DNA of 64,000 nucleotides, taken from NCBI GenBank assembly GCA_009914755.4, contig CP086569.2, positions 19,424,001 through 19,488,000 on the forward strand. Direction: 5' to 3'. The notes under the pieces are model-generated. The model was not told where the DNA came from, ran no database searches, and saw only the letters and a list, made by a program, of their open reading frames with translations. Positions 13,852 to 25,369 of this stretch are shown here, piece by piece. This DNA is from the human T2T-CHM13v2.0 reference genome, Homo sapiens. Each line of letters starts with the position of its first letter. The first letter of the stretch is position 1. The position numbers and the translations under genes were made by a program.

Positions 13852-14107
13852 TTTTTTTTTCTTTTTGAGACAGGGTCTCACTGTGTGGCCCAGCCTGGAG
13901 TGCAGAAGTGCCGTCATGGCTCACTGCAGCTTCTAACTGCCTAGCTCAATTAATCCTCTGTCTTAGCCTCAGTCACCATGTCTGGCTAACTTTTTGTATT
14001 TTTAGCAGAGACAAAGGTTTGCCATGTTGCCTGGGCATGTCTCAAACACCTGGAATCACAAGATTTGCCTGCATTGGCCTCCAAAAGTGCTGAGATTATA
14101 GGCATTG
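13852..14107 (-). mobile_element. Alu element, truncated at its 5' end (minus orientation)
   Basis: Poly-T at 13852 followed by the RC Alu consensus (gagacagggtctcactgtgtggcccagcctggagtgcag...ccaaaagtgctgagattataggcattg). Confidence 0.85.
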
Positions 14108-14196
14108 ATAAGACATTTATGTTAGGGTTAGATAAAAATCAATATTTTGGCTAAGTTATGAAGATGCATATAATGCAATTATTAATTTATGCCTAA

Positions 14197-14528
<332 letters not shown>

Positions 14529-15549
14529 TAAAATCATACTCAAGGCATAAGGCAAAACCACTTATGAACTGGCATATTTGTTTATTTCTCTGTGAAAATG
14601 TCCTTAGTTTGTTCACAGTACAAAAAAAATTCAATTATGTTATGCAAAAAACAGAAGAGAATCTTCTTTGCAATTAATTTTATAGTTACCTTGATACAGG
14701 GAATGTACTATCTATAAAAAATAAATGTTAACTGAACTACAGTTAGTTAAACACTGAAAAAAATTAAGTTTATTATATTTTATTTTATCCTATCAATTAA
14801 TTGTATTTATATACAATCTAGAAAGTTACAGCCATCAACAGTTCTAATGCAGTTTCAGGTGAAATGGGAATTTGGAAATCTCTGTGGAGCTTTAGGTGTA
14901 GTGAAATATTTAGGTAAAATATGTGCATGCTTTTGGCAGCACTTGTGAAGGGATGTCTCTCAAATTGACCTCAATACTTTCCTTCTCAGCAAAATGACCT
15001 GGGCCACTCAACATGGCTTTCATTGTTGTTGATGTTCGTGCATGTTCGCCTTTTACCATAAATTTTTGACTCTGAAGATATCCATTTGACATCGTGGCTT
15101 TAGGGCTTTCAAAACCACTGTAGGTTTTCTACTCTTCATCCACCACGTACTTACATAATTCTACTTTGATTCCCCAGGAACTTGACTACTTTCTGGTTAG
15201 CCCTATGGCCAGTGCAGCCCAGCTCCCAGTGTAGCAGCACTGACTCGACTCCAGGGCTATCCCCCACACCCAGCTTGTGGCTCCTATGGGTTCCAGGGAA
15301 GTTGGAAGACAGGCTGCTTGTTGTTTTCACAAATAAAATTGTTGTATTAATTTCATTTTCATATGGTTTATTACTAGTGTACAGAAGTAGATTTTATTAT
15401 ATTGATATTTTATAATGTATGTTTGTTTAGTTTGTTTACCAGATGTCATGATTTCTTGTTGGTTTCTTATGATTTCTTTATAGGAGATCATAAGACCCAA
15501 GGGTAGATAGTTTTACTTTTTTTATTTTTATTTTTCCACATATGAATGG

Positions 15550-15781
15550 CCAAAACAATTGGAAATATATACATATTTTGCTAGAATATCCATCCAAAAC
15601 AATTGGAAAAATATATATTCACATATATATTTATATATAAATATCTATATGTAAAAATATATATAATAATATATGTGCATATAAATATTTGTATATGTAT
15701 ATATGTGTATATATAAATATTTATATGCACATATACTACATATATCATATATATATATATATTTCCAATTGTTTTGGATGG
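15550..15781. repeat. AT-rich low-complexity region bounded by 21-bp inverted repeats (catccaaaacaattggaaaaat at 15591-15612; its RC at 15760-15781), with a third direct copy at 15550-15570
   Basis: Direct reading shows tttccaattgttttggatgg (15762-15781) is the RC of ccatccaaaacaattggaaa (15591-15610). The roughly 150-bp spacer is (TA)-rich: tatatgtgcatataaatatttgtatatg. Confidence 0.8.
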
Positions 15782-16077
15782 AAATTCTAGTACAGTGTAG
15801 AATACAGTGATGAAATTTAGCATCAATGCTTTGTTCCTCATCTTAAACTTTGATTCCCAACAATTCAGATGCTGATTGTTACAGGTTTTGCACAAAGACG
15901 TGTTATGTGAAAGAAATTTGAAGCACAGTTTATTGGATGTTGTTATCATTAAACACGTTGACTAACTTTAAGTATTTTCCATAACAGTTGAGATAAACAT
16001 GTACTGTTTTCCCATGATTTAGTTTACATGGTATATTGAAAAGGGATGGCTTCAGAATGTTGAAAAACCCTCAATTT

Positions 16078-16110
16078 TCAAAACAAACAAACAAACAAAC
16101 AAACAAACAG
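16078..16110 (+). repeat. (CAAA)n microsatellite
   Basis: caaacaaacaaacaaacaaacaaacaaacag. Confidence 0.95.
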
Positions 16111-16282
16111 AAAAATCTTAATCATTGAGGTGCATAATGTCTTCCCCATGTAGCAAATTTCAGGTACTAGTTTTTGGTTAAACATTATAATGACTTTAAT
16201 TGTCATATTTCTTAACATTTAGTGTTTTGTCCTAGTGATATCATCTGTTTAATTCAATTTTCAATTGGAATTAATGAGAGGT

Positions 16283-19135
16283 AAGGTTTAGTGTACTCTT
16301 AAGGGCATTAGGGGTTAGAGGATAGAGTCAAAGGTTATATATTTAAAATTATTTTGAAGGGTGATATGGTAATACTAAGGATGGGAGAGAAGTTTGGGAT
16401 TAGGAATAGGGGTTTACAATTGCAGAAAAAAGGTTAGATTGAGGGTTAGGTCTGGGGTTGACTTAAAGGTTCGTGTGGTGGTAGGATTAGGGTTATGGTT
16501 AGGATTAGAATTTGGGACCGTTGTCGAGGTTAAGGTAACGTTTAGGGCTAGAGTTAGAATCAGGATTAGAAGTTAGGTTTGGGTCAGGTTATGCTTAGGC
16601 TTAGGGTAAGAGATAGGCTTACAGTTAGATGTTGGGGTTAGTGGAGGGTTAGGTTCTGGGTTAACTCCATGGTGAGGGTTATGGTTAGTGCTAAGGGTGA
16701 GAACTAAGGCGACAGTAAGGGTTAGGGTAAGAGGGTTAGTGTATTAGCGTTAGGGTTTGGTTTACTGTTGGTGTTAGGATAAGAATAAGGATTTGGTTTA
16801 GGGTTTAGAGTTCAGGTCCTGGTTAGGGTTTCAGGTTAGCATTAGGGTTAGTGTTTAGGGTTCAGTGTTAGTTTTAGGGTTATTGTTTAGCACTTAGGTT
16901 TAGGTTTAGGGTTGGTTGAGGGTTAGGATAAGGGGTTAGGGTTTGGCATAGTGTTAGAGTTTAGAACTCTAGGATAAGGGGTTAGGGTTAGGTTTAGGGT
17001 TGGGTTAGGTTAAGGGTTAGAGCTTAAGGTTAATGTTGGGACTGGATTTATTGTATAGGATCATAGTTTGGATTTAGATTTTAGTGTTAAAGCTAGGGTC
17101 AGATTACTGTTTGGGTTACGTGTTTGGGTTAGGGTTTATGATTAGGCTAAAATCAATGTTTAGTATTAGGTTTAATATCAGGGTTTAGGGTATGGCTAGG
17201 GTTAGTGTTCTAGGTTATTTGGGTTAGGATTAGTGTTAGGGCTTTTGGGAGTTAAGGTTAGTGTTAGGGGTTACATTTAGGTCTAGGATTAGGTTTACAT
17301 TTTAGTGTTTGTGTTATGGTTATGATTAGTTGTGAAAATAGGGGTGGGTGTAATATTTTGGGTTAACTTTAGGTTTAGGATTAGGTTTACATCTTAGTGT
17401 TTGTGTTATGGTTATGATTAGTTGTGAAAATAGGGGTGGGTGTAATATTTTGGGTTAACTTTAGGTTTAGGTTTACTGGTAGAGGTTTTAGCTTAGGGTT
17501 AGTGTTAATTGTGAGGGCTAGGTTGAGGGTTTAGTGTGTATGCTTAGGTTTAATGTTAGGTTTTGTGTTAGCATTGATTCCTACTTTTAGTTTCAGGATT
17601 ATGGTGATGTTTATGTTAAGATTATGGTTAGGTTTATTTTTTAAGCTGATGGCTTTGGTTAGGGATAGTGTTAGGTTTTGGGTTGAGTTGCGGTTGGAGT
17701 ATGCATAGGGTTAGGGTTAGTGTTAGTGTTACAGGATAGGGCTATGGTTAGCGATTAGGTTTAGGGTTAATGGGTTAGGGTTATGGCATAGGTTTAATGT
17801 TAAACTTAGTGGTTAGGGTGAAGCTTAGTTTTAGGCTTTAATTAGCGTTAAGGTCAGCATCTGGGTTCAGCATTACATGTTAGAGTTTAGGTTAGGTTTT
17901 ATTGTTATGGATTAGTCTTTAGGGTTGTTGTCAGCTTTAGGATTTTGGAATTAGTGGTTGTGTTTGTTTGCAGTTGGTGGTGTGTTTGCATTTAGGGTCA
18001 AGGTCAGAATTAGAGCTTAGGGTTAGGTTTAGCATTAGGCTTGCGTTAAGGATTAGGGTTACATGTTAGTATTTAAGATTAGGGTTTTGGTTGGGTGAGT
18101 GTTAGTGTTTGGTTTCAGTGTTTAGAGTTATGGCTGGCATTGCAGATGGTTTAGGGTTACAGTTAAGGTTTTAGGTTTGGGGTTAGGAATTGGGTTTCCA
18201 TTAGGGTTATGGTTAAGGATTAGGTTTGTAGTTAGGGTTGGTGTAGCGTTGGTGTAGGTTATGTTTGGGATTATGGTTTATTACTAGGGTTTAGGTTTGT
18301 GTATCTGTGTTTGGGTTAAGTTTGGTGTTTTGGTTAGTTTTATAGTGCTAGGCTTAGAATTATAGGGCTAGTTTTTCAGTTAGGGTTTGGGTGAGGTAAT
18401 GGTAGTGGTAGGGTTATAGTTTAGCATTAGAGTTAGGGTTTTTTGTGTTAGGGTTTGAGTTTTTTTTTGTTTTGGTTAAGGTCGGCTCAGCACTACTTTT
18501 GCATCAGTGTCAGTGTCATGTTTAGGGTTATGGGTTGGAATTGGGTTTAGTGTTATGGCTTAAGGTCTGGGTTGTTTTTGGCATTGGGGTTAAAGTTAGG
18601 GTTATGGTTGGGGTTGCGTTTGATGTTGTGGGTTAGAGTTAGGGTTAGTGTTAGTGTCAGTGTTTTAAGGATAGGGTTATGGTCAATGAATTGTTAGAAT
18701 TAGGGTTAGGGGGTAGAAGTTTGGATTAGGGATATTGGTTAGATGTTGGACTTACATTTTTAAGGTTAGAGTTTTAGTTTTATGGTTACAATTAAGGTTG
18801 CTTTTAGGGTTAGTTTTGAAGGTAGCTTTTGGGGTTAGAGTTAGAGTTGGGATTAGTGTTCAGAGTTTACAGTTAGTGTTCGATTTAGGGTTTGGTTTAG
18901 TATTTAGGTTAGGGTTTTGGTGAGTGTTATGGTTTAGGGTAGATTCAGGGTTTTAGTAGGTTTAGGTTTAGTGGTAGGTGTATGTTTAGGGTTATAAGTA
19001 GGGGTAGAGTTACATTTAGGGTTAGGGATATGTTTTGTTAATGGTGCAGGTTGGGTTTATGTGAGGATTAGGATTAGGGCTTGAGGGTTATTGTTAGTGT
19101 TTCAGCATTAGTATTAGGGGTCATTTTTAGGTTTA
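16283..19135 (+). repeat. 2.85-kb array of highly degenerate telomere-like hexamers (GGTTAG/GGGTTA and variants such as GGATTA, GGTTTA), with the G-rich strand on plus
   Basis: Continuous ggttagggttagg-type reading from 16283 to 19135 with many substitutions and indels. It contains a 92-bp tandem duplication (17291-17382 and 17383-17474, one mismatch). Confidence 0.85.
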
Positions 19136-19311
19136 CACATCTTTTTCTTTTTCAGCCATCTCCACCCATGGACCAACCAGCCCATTCTCTCTGCCCATGT
19201 GCATTCTGAGGTCCATATATATTCCATACTTATTTAGGTTATTTATTTAATTACATATGTATTTATTTATATTTGTATTTATTTATTTTTACTTGTATTG
19301 ATTTATTTTTA

Positions 19312-19580
19312 TTTTGTTTTTTTTGGAGATGGAGTTTCGCTCTTGTTGCCGTGGCTGGAGTACTATGGTGTGACCTCGGCTCACTGCAACCTCTGCCTCC
19401 CAGGTTCAAGCGATTGTCTTGCCTCAGCTGCTGAGTAGCTGGGACTAAAGGCATGCACCATCACATCTGTCTAATTTTGTATATTTATTAGAGACAGGGT
19501 TTCTCCATGTTGGTCAGGCTGGTCTCGAACTTTCAACCTCAACCTGACTTAACGTAGATTTACCAAGTGTGTGCCACCTC
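19312..19580 (-). mobile_element. Alu element (older, minus orientation)
   Basis: ggagatggagtttcgctcttgttgccgtggctggagtactatggtgtgacctcggctcactgcaacctctgcctcccaggttcaagcgattg... Confidence 0.85.
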
Positions 19581-19594
19581 TCCGCTGTGAGGTG

Positions 19595-20050
19595 TACACT
19601 TATTGGGATTGCATGGCTGCAAATAGATAGGTCTCCTCCAAACTTAAAGCTGCAGATGCATTTCAACAACATTCCTGCAGATAGAAGCTACCCACTCTGA
19701 AACTTCTCTCCACTGAGGACTTCAGAGATGTTTTAACAACCTACTTTTCCACTGAAGCTGGTCACTATTGGTTCTGTCTTCAGTGAGTGTTGCACAGATG
19801 CAGGTATGTCCTGTTTTTGAAATGGAGTTACCTGCTTTCTGTCTCCTGAGAGCTGTACTTTCACTCAATGAAGCATCTATTTACCTTGATTATTCTCCTG
19901 TTGTTCACATACCTCATTGTGCCTGGATATGTGTCAAGAACTCAGGACCCACTTAATGGTGAACCCGAAAGATTGCTAACAGAAACAGCGCCGAAACACA
20001 CAAACCCACACTTACCACATTCTCGGTTACAGGGATAAAACAAAAAAGGA
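19595..20050 (+). mobile_element. Possible solitary ERV LTR (R/U5-like end) of undetermined family
   Basis: LTR-style motifs: gagagctgtactttcactcaatgaagcatctatttacc (degenerate tcaataaagc-type polyA region) followed by gaactcaggacccacttaatggtgaacccgaaagattgctaac. I cannot assign a family from memory. Confidence 0.3.
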
Positions 20051-20987
20051 TAGAAGAGGTTCAGGTAAATTATGGGTGATTTATCAGTTTAATTTTGATG
20101 AAATCATATGTACATTAAATTTTTAAAATATATCTTTAAAATACATAATTTATTTGATGGGCAATATTTAAACAATAGTAATATTTTAGCTGTCTTTCTC
20201 GGTCATTTTTATTATTATTATCCTAATAGGAAAAGGTTAAAATTGTCACAGCAGAGACAGGCACTATATTATTGATCTCTTAAGGTGTCATTAACTTCTT
20301 AATATAAGACAATTTATAATCTATATAATCAAAATATAAAAATGAAGTCATCTCTTTGATTTAAAAGTTCTCAGATGAAGCAATTGTCAAGTACATATTT
20401 TTATCTCTATGGATATTTTAAGGCAACTCTAAATATTTTTTAAAAATATGACCAGGGCACTGTTATCACACATAATACAAATTAGTTTACAAGCTTGGGA
20501 AAAGGGGCAGAACCCTGTCCTTACAAAAAAATACAAAAATTATTCAAGTGTCGTGATATCAGCCTTGTAGTATCAGCTACTTGGAAAGATAAAATACCAT
20601 TTCATTTGTTAACTTTTGATATTTGTTTACACTTTCTTCATTACATTGTTCAAGTTAGAGTAGTTCATCAATGATGTCTTTTAGTTTGTAGAGCAACATT
20701 TATCTTTGAGATTTTGTATAATAGTCACCTCAAAAGTCAACATTTTCATCATCAAATAAACATTTTTATTATCAAATGAATATTTTAGTCACTGACAAAA
20801 AAGTACTGCTTCCTAGTCCTGCAAGAAAATATATTTATATGATATACTTATATGTAAATACATAATATATAACTCTATATAATATACATATATGTTTTGC
20901 AAGCCTGAATGTAATCATAATTTTTGAGCCTTTTACAAAAGTGACCAATAACACTTGGTCCGTTTTTAGATTTGAAAATGTTCAATT

Positions 20988-21075
20988 GGGCCAGGCTTAG
21001 TCATGCACACTGATAGCCTTAGCACTTTGGGAAGCCAAGGCAGGTAGATTACTTGATCTCAGGAGTTAAAAAAAA
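20988..21075 (+). mobile_element. Alu monomer-like fragment
   Basis: gggccaggcttagtcatgcacactgatagccttagcactttgggaagccaaggcaggtagattacttgatctcaggagtt. Confidence 0.6.
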
Positions 21076-21242
21076 AAGCCTGAGGCACATGCTGATATCC
21101 CATCATTACTAAGATGCAGTAGAATGGCTGAATGTTATGGTCTGCACAAGTAATCTCATCTACCTTTGACACTGAGGTGAAAACATCCCCTGAGCTGTAA
21201 TTGTTTTGCTACTCTGCAGACTGAGTAATGAAGAGAACACAT

Positions 21243-21300
21243 GCCACACACACACACACAAAACTTACACACACAACCACACACACACACACACACACAC
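21243..21300 (+). repeat. (CA)n microsatellite, interrupted
   Basis: acacacacacacacaaaacttacacacacaaccacacacacacacacacacacacag. Confidence 0.95.
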
Positions 21301-21861
21301 AGAGAAAAAAATGGCTTAATAACATCTTAATTTTTTTTTCCTTTGTTTCACTCATTTTATCAAGGCCACATTTGTGGCATGTATGGTAATAAAACACTGT
21401 TGCACAACTTTTTATTATATGATGTAGTACATAGCTCTTTCTAGTTTATAGAAGAAGCTGCACCCCTTCATAAGAGTTTACTGTTCTTTCAAGAAGGTAG
21501 TTCTTAGATAGCTCAGAGACAGGAAGAAAAAGGGATCTTCTGATTTCTGGGCTGCCTTCTGTTTCACTCACAGCAGTTCCACTTCTATGTACTAGAATAT
21601 CACTTAGATTTCTTTTAAAAGTCATTAGTGCACCAGTAATGCACTGACTTCCCATTATAACTTTCAGTATAAGTTTCTAAATTTCATAGCTAAACTGTAA
21701 GCCTACGTTATGAGTATGATTTGCATATATAATTCTAATTTACATATTTCAGTTCTTTATCCTCACATATCCCTCACTCTTGTTTTTTCTTGTGTCAACA
21801 ATTTATTTTCTTTCTTTTTTTTTTTTTGCAATCCTTCTTTGAGAATTTATTTCATCTCTCT

Positions 21862-22368
21862 TCTTTTTTTTATTATTATTATACTTTAAGTTTTAGGGTA
21901 CATGTGCACAATGTTCAGGTTAGTTACATATGTATACATGTGCCATGCTTGTGTGCTGCACCCATTAACTCGTCATTTAGCATTAGGTATATCTCCTAAT
22001 GCTATCCCTCCCCCCCTCCCCCCCTCCCCCCACCCCACAACAGTCCCCAGAGTGTGATATTCCCCTTCCTGTGTCCATGCATTCCCACATTGTTCAATTC
22101 CCATCTGTGAGTGAGAACATGCGGTGTTTGGTTTTTTGTCCTTGCGATAGTTTACTGAGAATGATGATTTCCAATTTCATCCATGTCCCTACGAAGGACA
22201 TGAACTCATCATATTTTATGGCTGCATAGTATTCCATGGTGTATATGTGCCACATTTTCTTAATCCAGTCTATCATTGTTGGACATTAGGGTTGGTTCCA
22301 AGTCTTTGCTATTGTGAATAGTGCCGCAATAAACATACGTGTGCATGTGTCTTTATAGCAGCATGACT
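21862..22368 (-). mobile_element. L1 3' end (about the last 360 nt plus the A-tail, seen as a T-run at 21862-21880), minus orientation. This is the sense segment of a twin-primed L1.
   Basis: ttattattatactttaagttttagggtacatgtgcacaatg is the RC of the L1 terminus gtgcacatgtaccctaaaacttaaagtataataa. It continues to ...tattgcggcactattcacaat (RC) at about 22368. Confidence 0.85.
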
Positions 22369-22370
22369 TA

Positions 22371-22656
22371 GACATTTATGCAGCCAAAAGACACATGAAA
22401 AAATGCTCATCATCACTGGCCATCAAAGAAATGCAAATCAAAACCACAACGAGATACCATCTCACACCAGTTAGAATGGCAATCATTAAAAAGTCAGGAA
22501 ACAACAGGTGCTGGAGAGGATGTGGAGAAATAGGGACACTTTTACACTGTTGGTGGGACTGTAAACTAGTTCAACCATTGTGGAAGTCAGTGTGGCGATT
22601 CCTCAGGGATCTAGAACTAGAAATACCATTTGACCCAGCCATCACATTACTGGGTA
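22371..22656 (+). mobile_element. L1 ORF2 3' segment in the opposite orientation, immediately abutting the previous feature. This is the inverted 5' segment of the twin-primed L1.
   Basis: acatttatgcagccaaaagacacatgaaaaaatgctcatcatcactggccatcaaagaaatgcaaatcaaaaccacaacgagataccatctcacaccagttagaatggc...ccagccatcacattactgggt. In L1 coordinates this segment ends about 15-20 nt before the point where the minus segment begins. Confidence 0.85.
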
Positions 22657-24357
22657 ACAAGTTATTTTCATTAGTTTTCTCTATTCAAAACACTCCTTTT
22701 TCTGCAATCTAGTCAATGTTTCTGTTCTTGTTCTTTGAACTTATAATAATACTTTGAGCTTCTGTCTTCAAAACTTTCACTCAAAAATTTATGTGTGCGT
22801 ACATCTACGTGTGATTATTTGCAACAGTTTGGCACCAGGGATGGGTTTTGTGAAGACAAGATTTTTCATGACCTGGCGTTGTGGAGACAGTTTTGGAAAG
22901 ATTCAAGTGCCCCGCATTGTTTTTTTGCTTTATTACTGTTATTATTACATTATAATATTTAATGAAATAATTATACAATTCACCATAATGTAGAATCAGT
23001 GGGAGCCCTGAACTTATTTTCCTGCAGCTAGATTGTTTTCTCTGTGGGTGATGGGAGACAGTTACGGGTGATCAGTTTTTTGATTGTTATAAAGAGTGCA
23101 AAAGCTAAATTTCCTGCATGTGCAGTTAATAGTTGTGCTCTCACTTCTATAAAAATCTGATGCTGCCACTGAACTTACAGAAAGTGGATCTCAGGCAGTA
23201 ATATGCACCATACATAGTGGTTTAAATAGAGATAAAGCTTCCGTACTTGTTCACCGCTCACCTGCTGATGTGTAGCCCAGTTCCTAAGAAGACACAGATG
23301 AATACTGGTTGAGGAAACCCCAACTGAAGCCAAAGAGTTTGAGACCATAGTGAACTGGAATTGTGCCGTGCATTTTAGCTTCAGTGACAAGGAAATAACC
23401 TGTCCTCACAGGAAAAAGAAGTAAAGAATATATTTTATAATTTGTATTTTAAATACTATCTTTTGATACAAACGTGAGAAATCTTTTACAACTTTAAATG
23501 GGGACATTAACAGTCATCAAAATGTTCTTGATTCTTGGGAATAGGATATCAAATGGAAGGTGCAAATGCACATCATTGTAAAATGTGATAAAAAGTACGT
23601 TTTTTTCAGCTTTGAAAAAAAAAATTATCTCTTTGAACACAACCAGAAGACATTAGAAGTGTTTGTGCTCATGCAAAAAATTAACTTCTGCTTTCTCTTT
23701 ACTCTTTTAGTGGTATCAGAGAGGTAGTCAAGATGATAACTTGTTTAAAGGGAAATGCTATTGACAAAATAGAGTGACTGACTAGGGAAAAAAAGTGATT
23801 CTTACTAGGTTAATAATTTTGGATGTAAAATAATCTCCCAGATTGCTTTCATCCCTACTCTAAAATAAATTGCAATTTAATGATTGAATCTTGAAGAGTT
23901 GACAGAAGAAAGCATTTTTCTCTTTCTAGTATAGATACATCTATACTATAAGCAAAAACTTATAAGTCTAAAAGCGAAAAACTTCCTTAATTTTATGGGG
24001 TTACAACAAATTTTAACAACCACTTGTTTCACAAACAGATTTCTTTCTTTAGGCCTAACCAGCTAATTTTATTTCTCTGCAATTTGATTGGGAGATGTAA
24101 TGGTAAAATATATTTGAAGATATTATATGTTAAATAACATGTATGTCTTTCTTGACCTTCATAACATCTGACCTCCAAGCTGCCTGCATTATTTCGCACT
24201 TACCTGCCATTTAAATTGTGGTTTATTTTTAACATCATACTGCTTGCTATTTACACCTCTGAGACTTGAAACAATTGCTTTTCACCCTACCTGCCACTCA
24301 ATCCACACCTTTTAAATTAATTATATATAGGTTTTACCTTTTTATAAGACAGACAGA

Positions 24358-24590
24358 ACAGCCTTGCCAACAGGGTGAAGCCCCATCTCTACTATAAATA
24401 TGAAAATTAGCCAGGTATGGTGGCAGATGCCTGTAATACTAGCTACTGGAGAGGCTGAGACAGGTGAATCGCTTGAATCTGGGAGGTGTAGGTTGGATCT
24501 GGGAGGTGTAGGTTGCAGGGAGGCGAGATTCTGCCATTGCAATATAGCCTAGGTGAAGAGAGTGAAACTCTGTCACACAAAATGGACAGT
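24358..24590 (+). mobile_element. Alu 3' half (right arm) with an internal 20-bp duplication
   Basis: ccatctctactataaatatgaaaattagccaggtatggtggcagatgcctgtaatactagctactggagaggctgag... The 20-bp unit is duplicated as tctgggaggtgtaggttgga / tctgggaggtgtaggttgca. Confidence 0.75.
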
Positions 24591-25369
24591 GAGGATTAAA
24601 TTTATTAATATGTGTGCGGCTTTTTAATGTATTACCTTGTCTTTAAGCACTATAAGTATTAGCTGCTATTATTATTGCTTACTATATATCTTTAGTTTAT
24701 TCACACCAAATTCTGCTTAATCGCATACAAGAAAACATTAGAGAAGTAACACAGATAGTAGTGGCTATATGGAACCACATAGCCATCAGTGTCTGTGTCA
24801 GTAATGTTTTCTGGTGTGCAACAAATAAGAGACTTTTTACATACACACGTTCTTCAAACATAGATTTCTCTAAACATATATTAAAATGTTTGAAAACAAA
24901 AACAATACTACAGTAAAATGTAACAAATTTAAAAGCCATTAGATTATAACTGTCTACATAACATTTACATTTTACTAATGATTTATGCAAAGTTAAAGTA
25001 AACTACACAGGAGGATGTGGGTGCATTATATTTACATACTACACCATTGTAAATCAGAAGCTTGAGCAGACACAAATTATAGTATTTAAGAGGGTTCTGG
25101 AGCCAATCCCCTACAGATACCAAAGGATTGCTATATATAAATATTTTAAGCTTTGGTAAGAAAGTATTGCTTAAGTTAGTTATGGCATAATTACCCTAAT
25201 GATGTTAATGATTATTTACTTTTCTTTTTAAAATAAATTTAAAAGATTATAAACTTTAAAATTATCATTAAATTGTTTTAATGTTTGTTCAGGAAATGAG
25301 AACATTTGTACCTGTTCTCTGTTTATGGTATGTTAACACAGTTAAGCACTTGCTATTTAAATAATTTTC

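Noticed and set aside
16283-19135. Regularly repeating short units that could superficially be taken for a CRISPR array
   Set aside because: The unit is 6 bp (TTAGGG-like) with no spacers of unique sequence, and the context is eukaryotic. This is a telomere-like satellite, not CRISPR.
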